Shown: piece after piece, positions 11,897-20,942 of the stretch | Position numbering within the stretch: the first letter of the stretch is position 1 | How the letters are laid out: the number at the start of each line of letters is the position of its first letter | Source: an uncultured delta proteobacterium | Lineage (GTDB): Bacteria > Desulfobacterota > Binatia > Binatales > Binataceae | Direction: 5' to 3' | Assembly: GCA_963765675.1 (NCBI GenBank) | Contig: CAVXXK010000001.1 | Coordinates: 224,001-288,000 of the forward strand | DNA: 64,000 bases | Position numbers and translations under genes: made by a program | The notes under the pieces: model-generated | What the model was told of the DNA's origin: nothing | Databases searched by the model: none | Seen by the model: only the letters and a program-made list of their open reading frames with translations

Positions 11897-12037
11897 TCAG
11901 ACGTGGCCCAGCAGCAGCCAAACGACCAGGATAACGACGATGATAGGCGCGATTCCGCCGGCCGGACCATAACTGTTGTACCCGTAGTAGCCACCGCCGC
12001 CGCCGAAGATGAGGAGCAGGATTATAATTAGTATCAA
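11897..12037 (-). CDS. Small Gly-rich two-TM membrane protein (DUF3309-like), 46 aa, not in ORF track
   Basis: Hand translation from TTG: MILIIILLLIFGGGGGYYGYNSYGPAGGIAPIIVVILVVWLLLGHV; AAGGAAA upstream. Confidence 0.7.
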   Translation of the reverse strand: MILIIILLLIFGGGGGYYGYNSYGPAGGIAPIIVVILVVWLLLGHV

Positions 12038-12114
12038 CTTGACGTTTCCTTTCTCTGGCAGGGTTTCGGGTACGGAATTTTGGAGGTGGGAGGGCCCACC
12101 TCCAAATCCGGTTG

Positions 12115-12663
12115 CTAGCGCATCTCAGGTGCTCTTTGATCCTTGGGAACTGAGGTTTCTCCGGTGTACGAAATATCTGTCGCGCCACCTTCCTCGAGGA
12201 TTTTCTTGGCCCGATCGCGCTCCTTGCCGTCTTCCGTATGAACGGACAGAAGGATGTTCCCATCCTTGACCTTTCCTTCGTAGCGTCTCGCCTCATACTC
12301 AGGAATACCGAGGCCTATAAGCGCGCCGGTCAATCCTCCGACTGCCGCGACGCCGGCCGCGCCTGCCAGTGCTGCCATGATCGGACCGGCGGCGATGAAT
12401 ACTCCGAGTCCTGGAATTGCAAGCGCTCCGATACCGACCATCCAACCGAGCGCGCCTCCCAGGATTGCGCCGCTTCCTGCGCCCGTCGCCGCACCCTCTG
12501 GAGCTTTTGTGTGTTGCTCATGGGCGAAGTCCTTGGTGCCCTGTTTGTCAGGAAAAAGCACCGACACGTCATTCTGGGTGAAGCCTGCCGCTTTCAGGTT
12601 ATCGGCGATCACGATCGCCTCAGACTGAGTTTTTGCAATACCTATTACAGATTTCTTTGCCAT
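12115..12663 (-). CDS. General-stress-type glycine-zipper membrane protein
   Basis: GAATGAGSGAILGGALGW...IPGLGVFIAAGPI...GLGIPEYEARRYE pattern. Confidence 0.75.
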   Translation of the reverse strand: MAKKSVIGIAKTQSEAIVIADNLKAAGFTQNDVSVLFPDKQGTKDFAHEQHTKAPEGAATGAGSGAILGGALGWMVGIGALAIPGLGVFIAAGPIMAALAGAAGVAAVGGLTGALIGLGIPEYEARRYEGKVKDGNILLSVHTEDGKERDRAKKILEEGGATDISYTGETSVPKDQRAPEMR

Positions 12664-12675
12664 GTTGTCCTCTGA

Positions 12676-13023
12676 CTATTGATTTTTGACTTGGATTTGA
12701 TTGTCGACTTTGTCCGCGCCTGCGATCGCCTGCGCTTTGCTCGCGATAGCGTCTTTTTCTTCTTCGGTCTTGACCGGCCCGAGCAGGGTGACGCTGCCGT
12801 TTACGCTGACAATCTTCACATTGTGCGCAAGGCTCGAGAGTGACTGATCTTTGACTACGGCCCTGCGGATTTTACGGGTGAGGGCTACGTCGGTTTTGGA
12901 GTTTGATTGCTGGCCTGCGGTCATCGCACCGGTGGCGGTGGGCGGCGCATCTTGCGCCATTGTGACGGTGCCAAAGCCCAGCAGTGCCGAGGACAATATC
13001 AGAGTTAATGCGAGTCGTTTCAA
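12676..13023 (-). CDS. Exported BON-domain protein
   Basis: Signal peptide, DVALTRKIRRAVV...AHNVKIVSVNGSVTLLGPV...VDNQI. Confidence 0.85.
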   Translation of the reverse strand: MKRLALTLILSSALLGFGTVTMAQDAPPTATGAMTAGQQSNSKTDVALTRKIRRAVVKDQSLSSLAHNVKIVSVNGSVTLLGPVKTEEEKDAIASKAQAIAGADKVDNQIQVKNQ

Positions 13024-13044
13024 AGACTATACCTCTAATTATCT

Positions 13045-13128
13045 TTAGAGTACGTGACTGACTACGAACCAGATGACGAGAACGGTCACTGGGACTCCAA
13101 GTAGCCATGCGATTCCATATTTCAGCAT
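13045..13128 (-). CDS. 27-aa single-TM micro-protein, not in ORF track
   Basis: MLKYGIAWLLGVPVTVLVIWFVVSHVL; GAGGT RBS; fills the gap between the hemerythrin and BON genes. Confidence 0.6.
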   Translation of the reverse strand: MLKYGIAWLLGVPVTVLVIWFVVSHVL

Positions 13129-13152
13129 ACCATTTACCTCTGGCTCCGATTG

Positions 13153-13662
13153 TTACTTCGCGGCGTGCGCCGCGTGTTGGTGGTCCGATGCCGGCTTCGA
13201 CGAAGGATTCTTCGTGAGCTGTTGTTTGCGTGCTTTGAGCTGGTCGCCCAGTTCCATCAGGCGCTTTTCACCCAGAAACTTCTTGGCGTCGGGAAACATC
13301 TCGCCTTCCTCTTCCTTGACGTGATGCTCAACGTCCTCTTTCAGGACTTTGATCTTCATATCCCAAGTCTCGTCGACCGGCGTGACCTCCGAGGTCTCGG
13401 CGAGCAGATCTTTTATCTGCTTGTGCTCTTCGTATCCCTCACGCACTTCGTCTTTGACGTTTTCCGACCGGGCCTTCTTGACCGCAGGATAAAAGATTTC
13501 TTCCTCGATAGTGGCGTGCACCTCCAGCGCGGCTTTTATCTGATCGAAAATTCCCTGTCTCTTCTGACCGTCGTGCTTGGTCAGCTTTTCTTCCTGTCCG
13601 AATAGCTTTTTGACCGCTGCGTGATCAGCCTTGAGCAACGCGATAGCGTCGTTCTTTTCCAT
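13153..13662 (-). CDS. Hemerythrin (HHE)-domain protein
   Basis: DAIALLKADH, HATIEEEIFYP, EEH, HHVKEEEGEMFP. Confidence 0.88.
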   Translation of the reverse strand: MEKNDAIALLKADHAAVKKLFGQEEKLTKHDGQKRQGIFDQIKAALEVHATIEEEIFYPAVKKARSENVKDEVREGYEEHKQIKDLLAETSEVTPVDETWDMKIKVLKEDVEHHVKEEEGEMFPDAKKFLGEKRLMELGDQLKARKQQLTKNPSSKPASDHQHAAHAAK

Positions 13663-13742
13663 TTGAAGTACCTCTCTTTTGGTCGCGTGGCGTGCGCGAA
13701 TTTTTGTAATTGAATTGTGGACTCGTGCGCCAGATTAAAAAC

Positions 13743-13758
13743 TGCAACGGTCATGCCA
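13743..13758 (-). promoter_or_regulatory. sigma54 promoter candidate of hemerythrin-BON operon
   Basis: Minus strand TGGCATGACCGTTGCA, close to consensus TGGCAC-N5-TTGCW. Confidence 0.7.
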
Positions 13759-14081
13759 TATGAACGCGGTCTCAGCAGAAAACTTACGCGGCAAACAAAG
13801 TGCGTTGGATATTGCTCTATCTGGAGAAAACCCGTTTCTTGATTTCGGATCGCTTCGTTACTCCGAACGCACGATTCGGAAAACGGTAATTGTTAGCCGT
13901 CTGCGGACAAGACGAGCCATCCGCGAAAATGCGAGGAACGAAGCCATCGTGCGTGAGATTTTCGAGGCAAAGGGTTCGCAGAAATGAATTTCAAAGTACT
14001 GATTGGCAACGGCGCGGCGTCCTCCTAATCGGCGTGAGCACTGAGCCGGCACCCCGAAATCGACGAGTGTTCCGGCTGCTA

Positions 14082-14097
14082 AGGCATGACTATTGCT
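14082..14097 (+). promoter_or_regulatory. sigma54 promoter candidate
   Basis: AGGCATGACTATTGCT (GG-N10-GC), 33 nt before the response regulator ATG. Confidence 0.55.
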
Positions 14098-14130
14098 GAT
14101 TCTCTTCCTTGAACTCTTTGAGGTTGTAGA

Positions 14131-14508
14131 ATGGCTACCTTCGACGAGATACCGAGCCAGATTGTAATGTTGGTTGACGACGAAGAAGACGTCCGCGAGA
14201 TGATGTCCGAACTGCTCATGACCAAAGGTTTTCTTGTGCTCCAGGCAGGAAACGGCCTGGAAGCTATGGAAGTCCTGAAGGAAACGGAGCGGCTACCGTC
14301 TGTGGTGCTACTCGATATGGCAATGCCGACCATGGACGGCCCCACATTTCTTCGGGTGCGAGCCGAGGATCCGATCCTGAAAGACATTCCGGTTCTCGTA
14401 ATTTCCGGCTCTCCTCCACCGAAAGAGGCGGCCGAAGGAATCGAAGGTTTCTTCCGGAAGCCGGTAGAAGTTACTGAACTGCTTCAAGTGATTGGCCAGT
14501 ACCAGTAA
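14131..14508 (+). CDS. Single-domain response regulator
   Basis: LVDDE, LLDMAMPTMDG, KP motifs. Confidence 0.9.
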   Translation: MATFDEIPSQIVMLVDDEEDVREMMSELLMTKGFLVLQAGNGLEAMEVLKETERLPSVVLLDMAMPTMDGPTFLRVRAEDPILKDIPVLVISGSPPPKEAAEGIEGFFRKPVEVTELLQVIGQYQ

Positions 14509-14675
14509 GGATAAGAAGCCGGAGTGGTACTGGGAGCTTGCTAGGGACTGTTCCCTGGAGAACGGATTTCGTTGGCTACGATTTGTTCTTTCGGTCAGAC
14601 TGTACTTCTCTAATTGCGTCTTCGAACACTCGTTTCGGTATCGCCTGACAAGGTTAGCGGGGGGAGAACTCTCGA

Positions 14676-16421
14676 ATGCAGGCCAATTCTTCTCTGCAAA
14701 GATCCGCCGGGGATAACAACTCGAACTCAGGATTCCCCGCAGTCAATGTGACCTTTGAAGAAGTCGACTTCCGTCGCGAGCTGCAGTCTCGACCTGTCCG
14801 TCCACCGAATTACGAAGCGGAGCATCGAGCTTTGGCCATGCTCGCTACCGAGATGGCCGAGAACCCGCGCAACATGCTTCAGAAGGTCGTCGAGATCGCG
14901 GTGGAACTGTGTCAGGCAGATACCGCCGGGATCAGCATATTGGAAGGCGATGTCTTTCGATGGGAGTCGCTGGCCGGAGTGTTCGCGGCGCGCCGAAATA
15001 GCACGATGCCCCGAGACGCGAGCCCCTGCGGCGTATGCGTCGATCAGAACACCACCCAGTTAATGTATTTAGCCGATCGCTGTTTTCCAGCGCTCGCGGC
15101 CGAGCCGCGATTCGTGGAAGCGCTGCTGGTTCCATTTCAACACAACGATAAGCCGGTCGGCACGGTATGGATTGTGGCGCATACCGAACAACGGAAATTT
15201 GACCGAGAAGACGAGCGCATCGTACGAACTCTGTCTCGGTTCGCTTCGGCCGGATGGCAATTGTGGAAGGCGTACAAGACCGAGGCGGAATCGAGTCGCA
15301 GCAAGGACCGGTTCCTGGCGATGCTGGGACACGAGCTGAGGAACCCGCTGGCCGCAATCCTGAGCGCCAACGACGTAATGCAAACCATCGGTATCAACGA
15401 CCCCAGAGCCGTGAAAGCGATGGAAGTCGTGGCGCGGCAATCGCGGCATCTCGGCAGGATGGTTGATGATCTGATCGATCAAACCCGAATCTCGCACGGT
15501 AAGCTCAAGCTCCAGAAAGAGCCGGTGGAACTCAAAGCGGCTCTCGATCAGGCAGTGAATTCAACCCGCGCCCAGATCGAGAGCCGGAAGCAGCGGCTAT
15601 CAATCAATATTTCCAACATTTCGGACGCTCCGGTTGTGCTCGATGCGGATCCGGTCCGGCTGTCCCAGATGCTGGCGAACCTGCTGGACAACGCCGCGAA
15701 ATACACGCCTGACGGCGGTGAAATTTCGATTACGGCGGATCTTGTGGACAATCAGGTCTTCATCAGCGTTCGTGACACCGGAATCGGAATCCCGCACGAT
15801 CAGATCAACAATATCTTTGATTTGTTCACTCAGTTGGATACTTCCCAAACGACCACGTCGCGGGGTCTCGGCATGGGTCTGTCCCTGGTTCGCAATCTGG
15901 CGGAGTTACACGGGGGCGGCGTTGAGGTAGCCAGTGCGGGACCGGGCCAGGGCAGCGTCTTCACTCTTCGACTGCCGATCTTTTCAAAGCGATCGTCGCG
16001 CGATGAGGTAAACAAACCCATCGAATCGGCGGGTCCGCGCGGGGTCTATCGTGTTCTTCTGGTCGAAGATGATGAAGACGTCGCGGAAAGTATGAGCGCG
16101 CTGCTCGCAATGGACGGCCACACCGTCAGCACCGCAAACAACGGCACTGTTGCGATGGAAACGCTGCACACCTTCGAGCCCGACGTTGTACTCCTGGACT
16201 TGGGGCTACCGGGAATAGACGGCTACCAGGTGGCTCGCCTCATGCGCTCGAAGACGCTCAGAGAGGATCTGGTGATCATCGCCTTGAGTGGCTACGGCGA
16301 GGAGGAACATCGCCGCAGGTCCCACGAAGCTGGCTGTGACGGCCATCTGGTGAAACCGGTCCAACCTGACGTGCTGCGCGGTCTGGTCGGCAAAATTCGA
16401 AATTCCTCCAAGCAACTCTGA
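14676..16421 (+). CDS. Soluble GAF-HisKA-HATPase-REC hybrid histidine kinase
   Basis: GAF region, GHELRNPL H-box, NLLDNAAKY, DTGIG, GLGMGL, C-terminal REC (VEDD, DLGLPGIDG, KP). Confidence 0.92.
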   Translation: MQANSSLQRSAGDNNSNSGFPAVNVTFEEVDFRRELQSRPVRPPNYEAEHRALAMLATEMAENPRNMLQKVVEIAVELCQADTAGISILEGDVFRWESLAGVFAARRNSTMPRDASPCGVCVDQNTTQLMYLADRCFPALAAEPRFVEALLVPFQHNDKPVGTVWIVAHTEQRKFDREDERIVRTLSRFASAGWQLWKAYKTEAESSRSKDRFLAMLGHELRNPLAAILSANDVMQTIGINDPRAVKAMEVVARQSRHLGRMVDDLIDQTRISHGKLKLQKEPVELKAALDQAVNSTRAQIESRKQRLSINISNISDAPVVLDADPVRLSQMLANLLDNAAKYTPDGGEISITADLVDNQVFISVRDTGIGIPHDQINNIFDLFTQLDTSQTTTSRGLGMGLSLVRNLAELHGGGVEVASAGPGQGSVFTLRLPIFSKRSSRDEVNKPIESAGPRGVYRVLLVEDDEDVAESMSALLAMDGHTVSTANNGTVAMETLHTFEPDVVLLDLGLPGIDGYQVARLMRSKTLREDLVIIALSGYGEEEHRRRSHEAGCDGHLVKPVQPDVLRGLVGKIRNSSKQL

Positions 16422-16625
16422 GCTGAAAGCCCGGGTTCCTGGTACACCACATCGCGCCGCGCAGAGGGCCGATGAGTTCTCTGATTTCGTTGGAGAATTG
16501 GGCGCTTTTCCGGTCTTAATCATCGAACCGACTCGATTCCTCTCTCTCGATTAGCCCGATCGCGTGCGGCGGGATTACCGAAACCGCGGCACCTTTGGTT
16601 CGTCCTACAGATTCGGAGAATAACG

Positions 16626-16904
16626 ATGAATATGAAACGTGTGGCGGCAGTGTTTAGCGCGGCGCTGCTCGCGAGCGCAATGGCTATGCCGGTAATGGCC
16701 CAGAACAATCCCTCTCCGGCAGATTCCGCGCACAGCACCACGGCGGTGAACGCCTCCAACTCCGGGAGCAAAGACGGGACGGCGGCAGCCGCGCATCCTA
16801 AGCGTCAACATGCTGCCCAAACCAGGAACAAAAAGAAGAAGCAATCGTTCTCAAAACGAATGCACGACAAGGCCGAGAAAATCCTTAGCGCGATCAAGCA
16901 GTAG
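16626..16904 (+). CDS. Small secreted protein with basic C-terminus
   Basis: GGAGA RBS; signal peptide ending VMA-Q; low-complexity Lys-rich tail. Confidence 0.65.
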   Translation: MNMKRVAAVFSAALLASAMAMPVMAQNNPSPADSAHSTTAVNASNSGSKDGTAAAAHPKRQHAAQTRNKKKKQSFSKRMHDKAEKILSAIKQ

Positions 16905-17151
16905 GCGCCGCAGAAATTCTCGAACCGGCAGACCGCGATCGTTCGCGTGGCGGCCGAAACGCACAGCCGTGCGCCCGATTGTTGAAGAACGCTCGCGTCC
17001 GGCGGTTGGGTTTGTTTCCAATCGAAAGAAGATCGAGTAGTATCGGGCCGCGCTTTTGACCGCGCGTGTCAGACGCGAGTTCGAGGCGGCTTAATCTATC
17101 GAAAAACGGGAGCGAGTTGCGCGATTTTGCGCAGGCTTTAGGCGGCTAAAC

Positions 17152-19803
17152 GTGGATACCGACCCGTGCACAACCGCAATGGCCAGTGCGGCGCAACAGT
17201 CGTGGGCTCGGCGTGATCAATTGGCGCCCGGCCACGCATCCGCGCAATATTCCCGGCAAAATGCCAGGTACGCATTGGCCAGGGGAACGACCGCGATACT
17301 GCTCGCGGTGGTTCTTGCGGCTGTGCTCGCGGCGCTCGTCGGATCGAAGGCGGATGCGGCACCGTCGGGGTCGAGCGGCCGGTCGCGCCTGCCGACGGCC
17401 GCCGAAACCGTTCGCGAGAAGCTCAAGCCGTTGGAGTCGAGCCTTAAGTCCCGCGAACCGATTTTTCTGAGCGGCCGTGACCTGTCATACGACAGCAAGC
17501 AAAACCTCCTGACGATCACCGGCGACGCGAAAGTGACCGAGGGGCCGACCACGCTCAAGGCCGACGTGATCACATTGAAGAACCGCACGCTCATCCACGC
17601 GACGGGAAACGTGCATCTGACCGATCCCGATTCCAACATCTTTGCGGATACGGGAACGCTGGATTTGACGACCGAGGAAGCGACGCTGACAAACGCGAAA
17701 GTGCACGCCCTCGATCAGAGTTACTACCTGACCGGTAGTACCTTGAACAAGACTTCCGGGCAGAACTATCACGCGGAAGACGCCACGTTGACCACCTGTA
17801 CCTGCAACAGCGATTCTCCTGACTGGGCGTTTAATGCGAAACATATCGATCTCGCGCTGAACGGCGAGATGAAGGCGCAGAAGGGCTATTTCGACATTCT
17901 GGGTCATCCAGTCATGCCATTACCCTATCTGCAATATAATACCGATCCCGAGCGCCACAGCGGCTTCCTGAGCCCACAGATAGGTTACTCGAGTCTGCGA
18001 GGCTTCTATCTTTTGCAACCTTATTTTCTTGATCTCGCACCCAATCAGGACGTGACTTTCGCGGGCGACTTCGAAAGCTCGGCGCGCGTCGGAGGTCTGG
18101 CTGAGTATCGCCGGGTGGACAGCGACGAAGATTTCATGCAGTTCACCATGAGCTACTACAATGAGAGCTTTCGCACCAATGCAAACCGGCTGAGCGACAC
18201 GGTAGACGATCAAATCGCCGATACCAACATTCCGGTCAATCGCTGGGGTATCGTGGGTTTGATGGAGAAGCATCTAACACCCACCCTGTTCGCATACGGA
18301 ACTGCAACCTCAGCCAGCGACAGCCTCTTCTTCCGCGAGATGAGCACCGTGGTGTTGTCCGGAAGGTACGGTTTGAACGGCGGAAATTGGCAGGCAAGCC
18401 GCAACGCGGATTCAGATCTGGGGCTGCTGCAGGAATTCGAGGACAGTTTCGTTCAACTCAACGGCACCTGGAACCAGGACCTCATTCAACCACAGCGATA
18501 TGCCCTGCAGACTTTGCCGAGTCTTACGTGGAGCGGGTATCAGGGCGTAGGCAACGGGTTCGGATATCTCACCTACAACGCTTCCGGGGTGAACTACTGG
18601 CGCCAATCCGGCATCGATGGATCCCGATTCGATGTTAATCCGCAATTCACGATTCCATGGTTGTGGAGCCGTTACCTGAACGGGTGGATGACGGCAGGTT
18701 TCGACTACGCGGCCTACGATGTCTCAGGCCGGCAGGTAAATGTGATCCCGGTCGGCACCAAGGGGCGGATATACAACAACAACCTGACGCTGGGTGCATC
18801 CGAACAGGAAGGGCTGATGCACCGTATCGTGCCGGACGTCGACCTCGGCATCCGAACAACGCTACTTGGAAAATCGGATTTGAGCTGGATCGGGCTGGGG
18901 CAGGCGACCGACTTGATTGTTCCAACTCTCGAATACAGTTACATCCCGACGGTGAACCAGAACCGTTTTCCGCTATTCGATGAAACCGATCGCATAAACC
19001 CCCGCAGCTTGATCTTCTACGGTTTTTCATCGCGGCTCTTTCTACAAATGGGAAATGTGAATCCCAACGCGGGCAACTATGGCTACAATATCGCCCGCGG
19101 AAAGGTTGGCCCCAGCTTCAGTACCGCCAGTGGATTTACCGAAGAGGTTTTGCGCCTGAGTGTTCAGCAGGCCTATGACACCAGCAACGCAATCGCGCCG
19201 GACGGTTCACGCCTCTCGGATGTGGCCTTCGCCGGAACCGTATTTCCTAACCGGGTCATATCGGGAGTCACTTCGGTGGACTGGAGCCCGCGCGCGCAAC
19301 AGCGGCTGGACAGCGCCAGCTTTGGAGTTCAATTCCAGCCTCCGGGACAAAAGCTGCCGAGTGTCTATAGCGGCAAGGAATCGATCGGGACCTACGTCCA
19401 GGTGTCGTATGCTTACGCCGCTCCCAACGCGGTTTTGCAATCGCCGAGTTCGTCAACCAACGCCATCTCGATGGCAACCTTGCGAGCTTATCTGAACGTG
19501 GGCGATTACATGGGACTATATTTCGCTCCGGATTATGATCTCGCCGCGAGCCGATTGCTGACTGACGTTATCGGGGTACGTTTGAAATCAGCTTGCGATT
19601 GCTGGTTTATCGACGTTGGGTTCGATCAGACTTACAATCCGAATAACACGTCGGTCATGTTACAGGTCACGCTGGGAGGGCTCGGCTCGATCGGCGAAGC
19701 ACCATTCGGCCTGAATCCGTTTCAGAGTGCCGGATTGTTGCCGCAGCAAGGCGGCAGGTTTCCGCAGATACCTCCCATGCGGCCGGAATCGACATCCCCA
19801 TGA
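17152..19803 (+). CDS. lptD: LPS-assembly protein LptD-like (start uncertain)
   Basis: OstA-like N-terminal beta-jellyroll, LTTCTC...PDW, R.SGFLSP.IGYSS.RG, beta-strand-rich barrel, C-terminal CDCW. Confidence 0.82.
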   Translation: MDTDPCTTAMASAAQQSWARRDQLAPGHASAQYSRQNARYALARGTTAILLAVVLAAVLAALVGSKADAAPSGSSGRSRLPTAAETVREKLKPLESSLKSREPIFLSGRDLSYDSKQNLLTITGDAKVTEGPTTLKADVITLKNRTLIHATGNVHLTDPDSNIFADTGTLDLTTEEATLTNAKVHALDQSYYLTGSTLNKTSGQNYHAEDATLTTCTCNSDSPDWAFNAKHIDLALNGEMKAQKGYFDILGHPVMPLPYLQYNTDPERHSGFLSPQIGYSSLRGFYLLQPYFLDLAPNQDVTFAGDFESSARVGGLAEYRRVDSDEDFMQFTMSYYNESFRTNANRLSDTVDDQIADTNIPVNRWGIVGLMEKHLTPTLFAYGTATSASDSLFFREMSTVVLSGRYGLNGGNWQASRNADSDLGLLQEFEDSFVQLNGTWNQDLIQPQRYALQTLPSLTWSGYQGVGNGFGYLTYNASGVNYWRQSGIDGSRFDVNPQFTIPWLWSRYLNGWMTAGFDYAAYDVSGRQVNVIPVGTKGRIYNNNLTLGASEQEGLMHRIVPDVDLGIRTTLLGKSDLSWIGLGQATDLIVPTLEYSYIPTVNQNRFPLFDETDRINPRSLIFYGFSSRLFLQMGNVNPNAGNYGYNIARGKVGPSFSTASGFTEEVLRLSVQQAYDTSNAIAPDGSRLSDVAFAGTVFPNRVISGVTSVDWSPRAQQRLDSASFGVQFQPPGQKLPSVYSGKESIGTYVQVSYAYAAPNAVLQSPSSSTNAISMATLRAYLNVGDYMGLYFAPDYDLAASRLLTDVIGVRLKSACDCWFIDVGFDQTYNPNNTSVMLQVTLGGLGSIGEAPFGLNPFQSAGLLPQQGGRFPQIPPMRPESTSP

Positions 19804-19848
19804 TTCGCGAATTCTCAAGCTCGGTTCGTTTTCGGATCGTCGCTGTTA

Positions 19849-20415
19849 TTGGCTTTGTTCGCGGCAATAACCCTACAGAGCTGCAGCTTCCGATTTGCCG
19901 CCAACGGTACGCTACCAGACTCCGCAAAGACGATTTATATCGACAAGTTCGCCAATGCCACGCGGGTGCCCGGGGTAAATGACAAATATATGATCGCCCT
20001 GAAGCAGGAGATCTCGTCGCACCATCGCCTGGTCATCATCGACGATCGTTCAGGAGCCGATCTGGTCTTGAGCGGCCGGGTGCTCTATTTCGGCATGTCC
20101 TCGAGAACTTCCAATTCGGTCGCAGAACCTCTGGACTACGCAGACACCATGTCGGTCGAAGCGAAGCTGGTCAGCAACGATTCGGGAAAAATACTCTGGA
20201 GCAGTAACTCAATAAGCAGCAGCACGACGGCACCTGTCGTCAGCCAGGCGATCATTCCGACCACGCCTCAGTTCCTGCGCCAGAACCTGCGCGGGGGAGA
20301 TCTGGTCAACATGCCTGACCTTCAGGTTGCCGCTACCCAGCAAGCGACCGCGAGACAGCAGTTGATGACCCAGGCGGCGAGCGAGTTGTATACCGATATG
20401 GTTTGGGGTCTCTAG
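19849..20415 (+). CDS. lptE: LptE-like lipoprotein (5' end anomalous)
   Basis: Lipobox LQSC followed by SFRF...LP...KTIYI..F.N.T and ADLVLSGRV; directly follows lptD. Confidence 0.7.
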   Translation: MALFAAITLQSCSFRFAANGTLPDSAKTIYIDKFANATRVPGVNDKYMIALKQEISSHHRLVIIDDRSGADLVLSGRVLYFGMSSRTSNSVAEPLDYADTMSVEAKLVSNDSGKILWSSNSISSSTTAPVVSQAIIPTTPQFLRQNLRGGDLVNMPDLQVAATQQATARQQLMTQAASELYTDMVWGL

Positions 20416-20451
20416 GGTATTCGGATTCCGGAGCCTTCGCAGCCGCAAACC

Positions 20452-20898
20452 TCATTCGAAAACCTGGTCCAGCCAGTCGAAAGCCCGCTGATTCAATACG
20501 GACCGCGCGCTGGCCTCGCAATGATTGCCGGCTCCCTCTCTCGCGGTGAAGGCGATGAAGGCCTTCTTGCAGGTCAGTGCGTGATAGAGTGTGCTCGCGG
20601 TAATGCCGATCTCGTCGTTCTCGGCTGAGCAGATCAGCGTCGGACAGGAGGTCTGTTCGGCGCGGCTCTCGAGACTATATTTCTGCGTGAGGCGCATGTA
20701 TGCGAGTGGACTATCCAACCCGTGCACCCACAATACCCATCTCATGCCCCAGCCCTCGGTCAGATGGCGCATGCGCCGGCGCGCGATCAGATTCATCAGC
20801 CCCAGGGCCAAGGACATGCGAAGGAGACCGACGACGCGAAACCATACAGCAGCATCGCAAGACTGGCAACCGTTGACGGTCATCCCGGGGCGCAGCAC
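20452..20898 (-). pseudogene. C-terminal fragment of an alpha/beta hydrolase
   Basis: CPTLICSAENDE and FTAREGAGNHCE...FDWLD (acid/His region) present; no nucleophile-containing N-terminus. Confidence 0.55.
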
Positions 20899-20942
20899 CG
20901 TCCCGCTTTCAGCGAGTCTGCAAGAAAGGCAAGCTATCTGTC

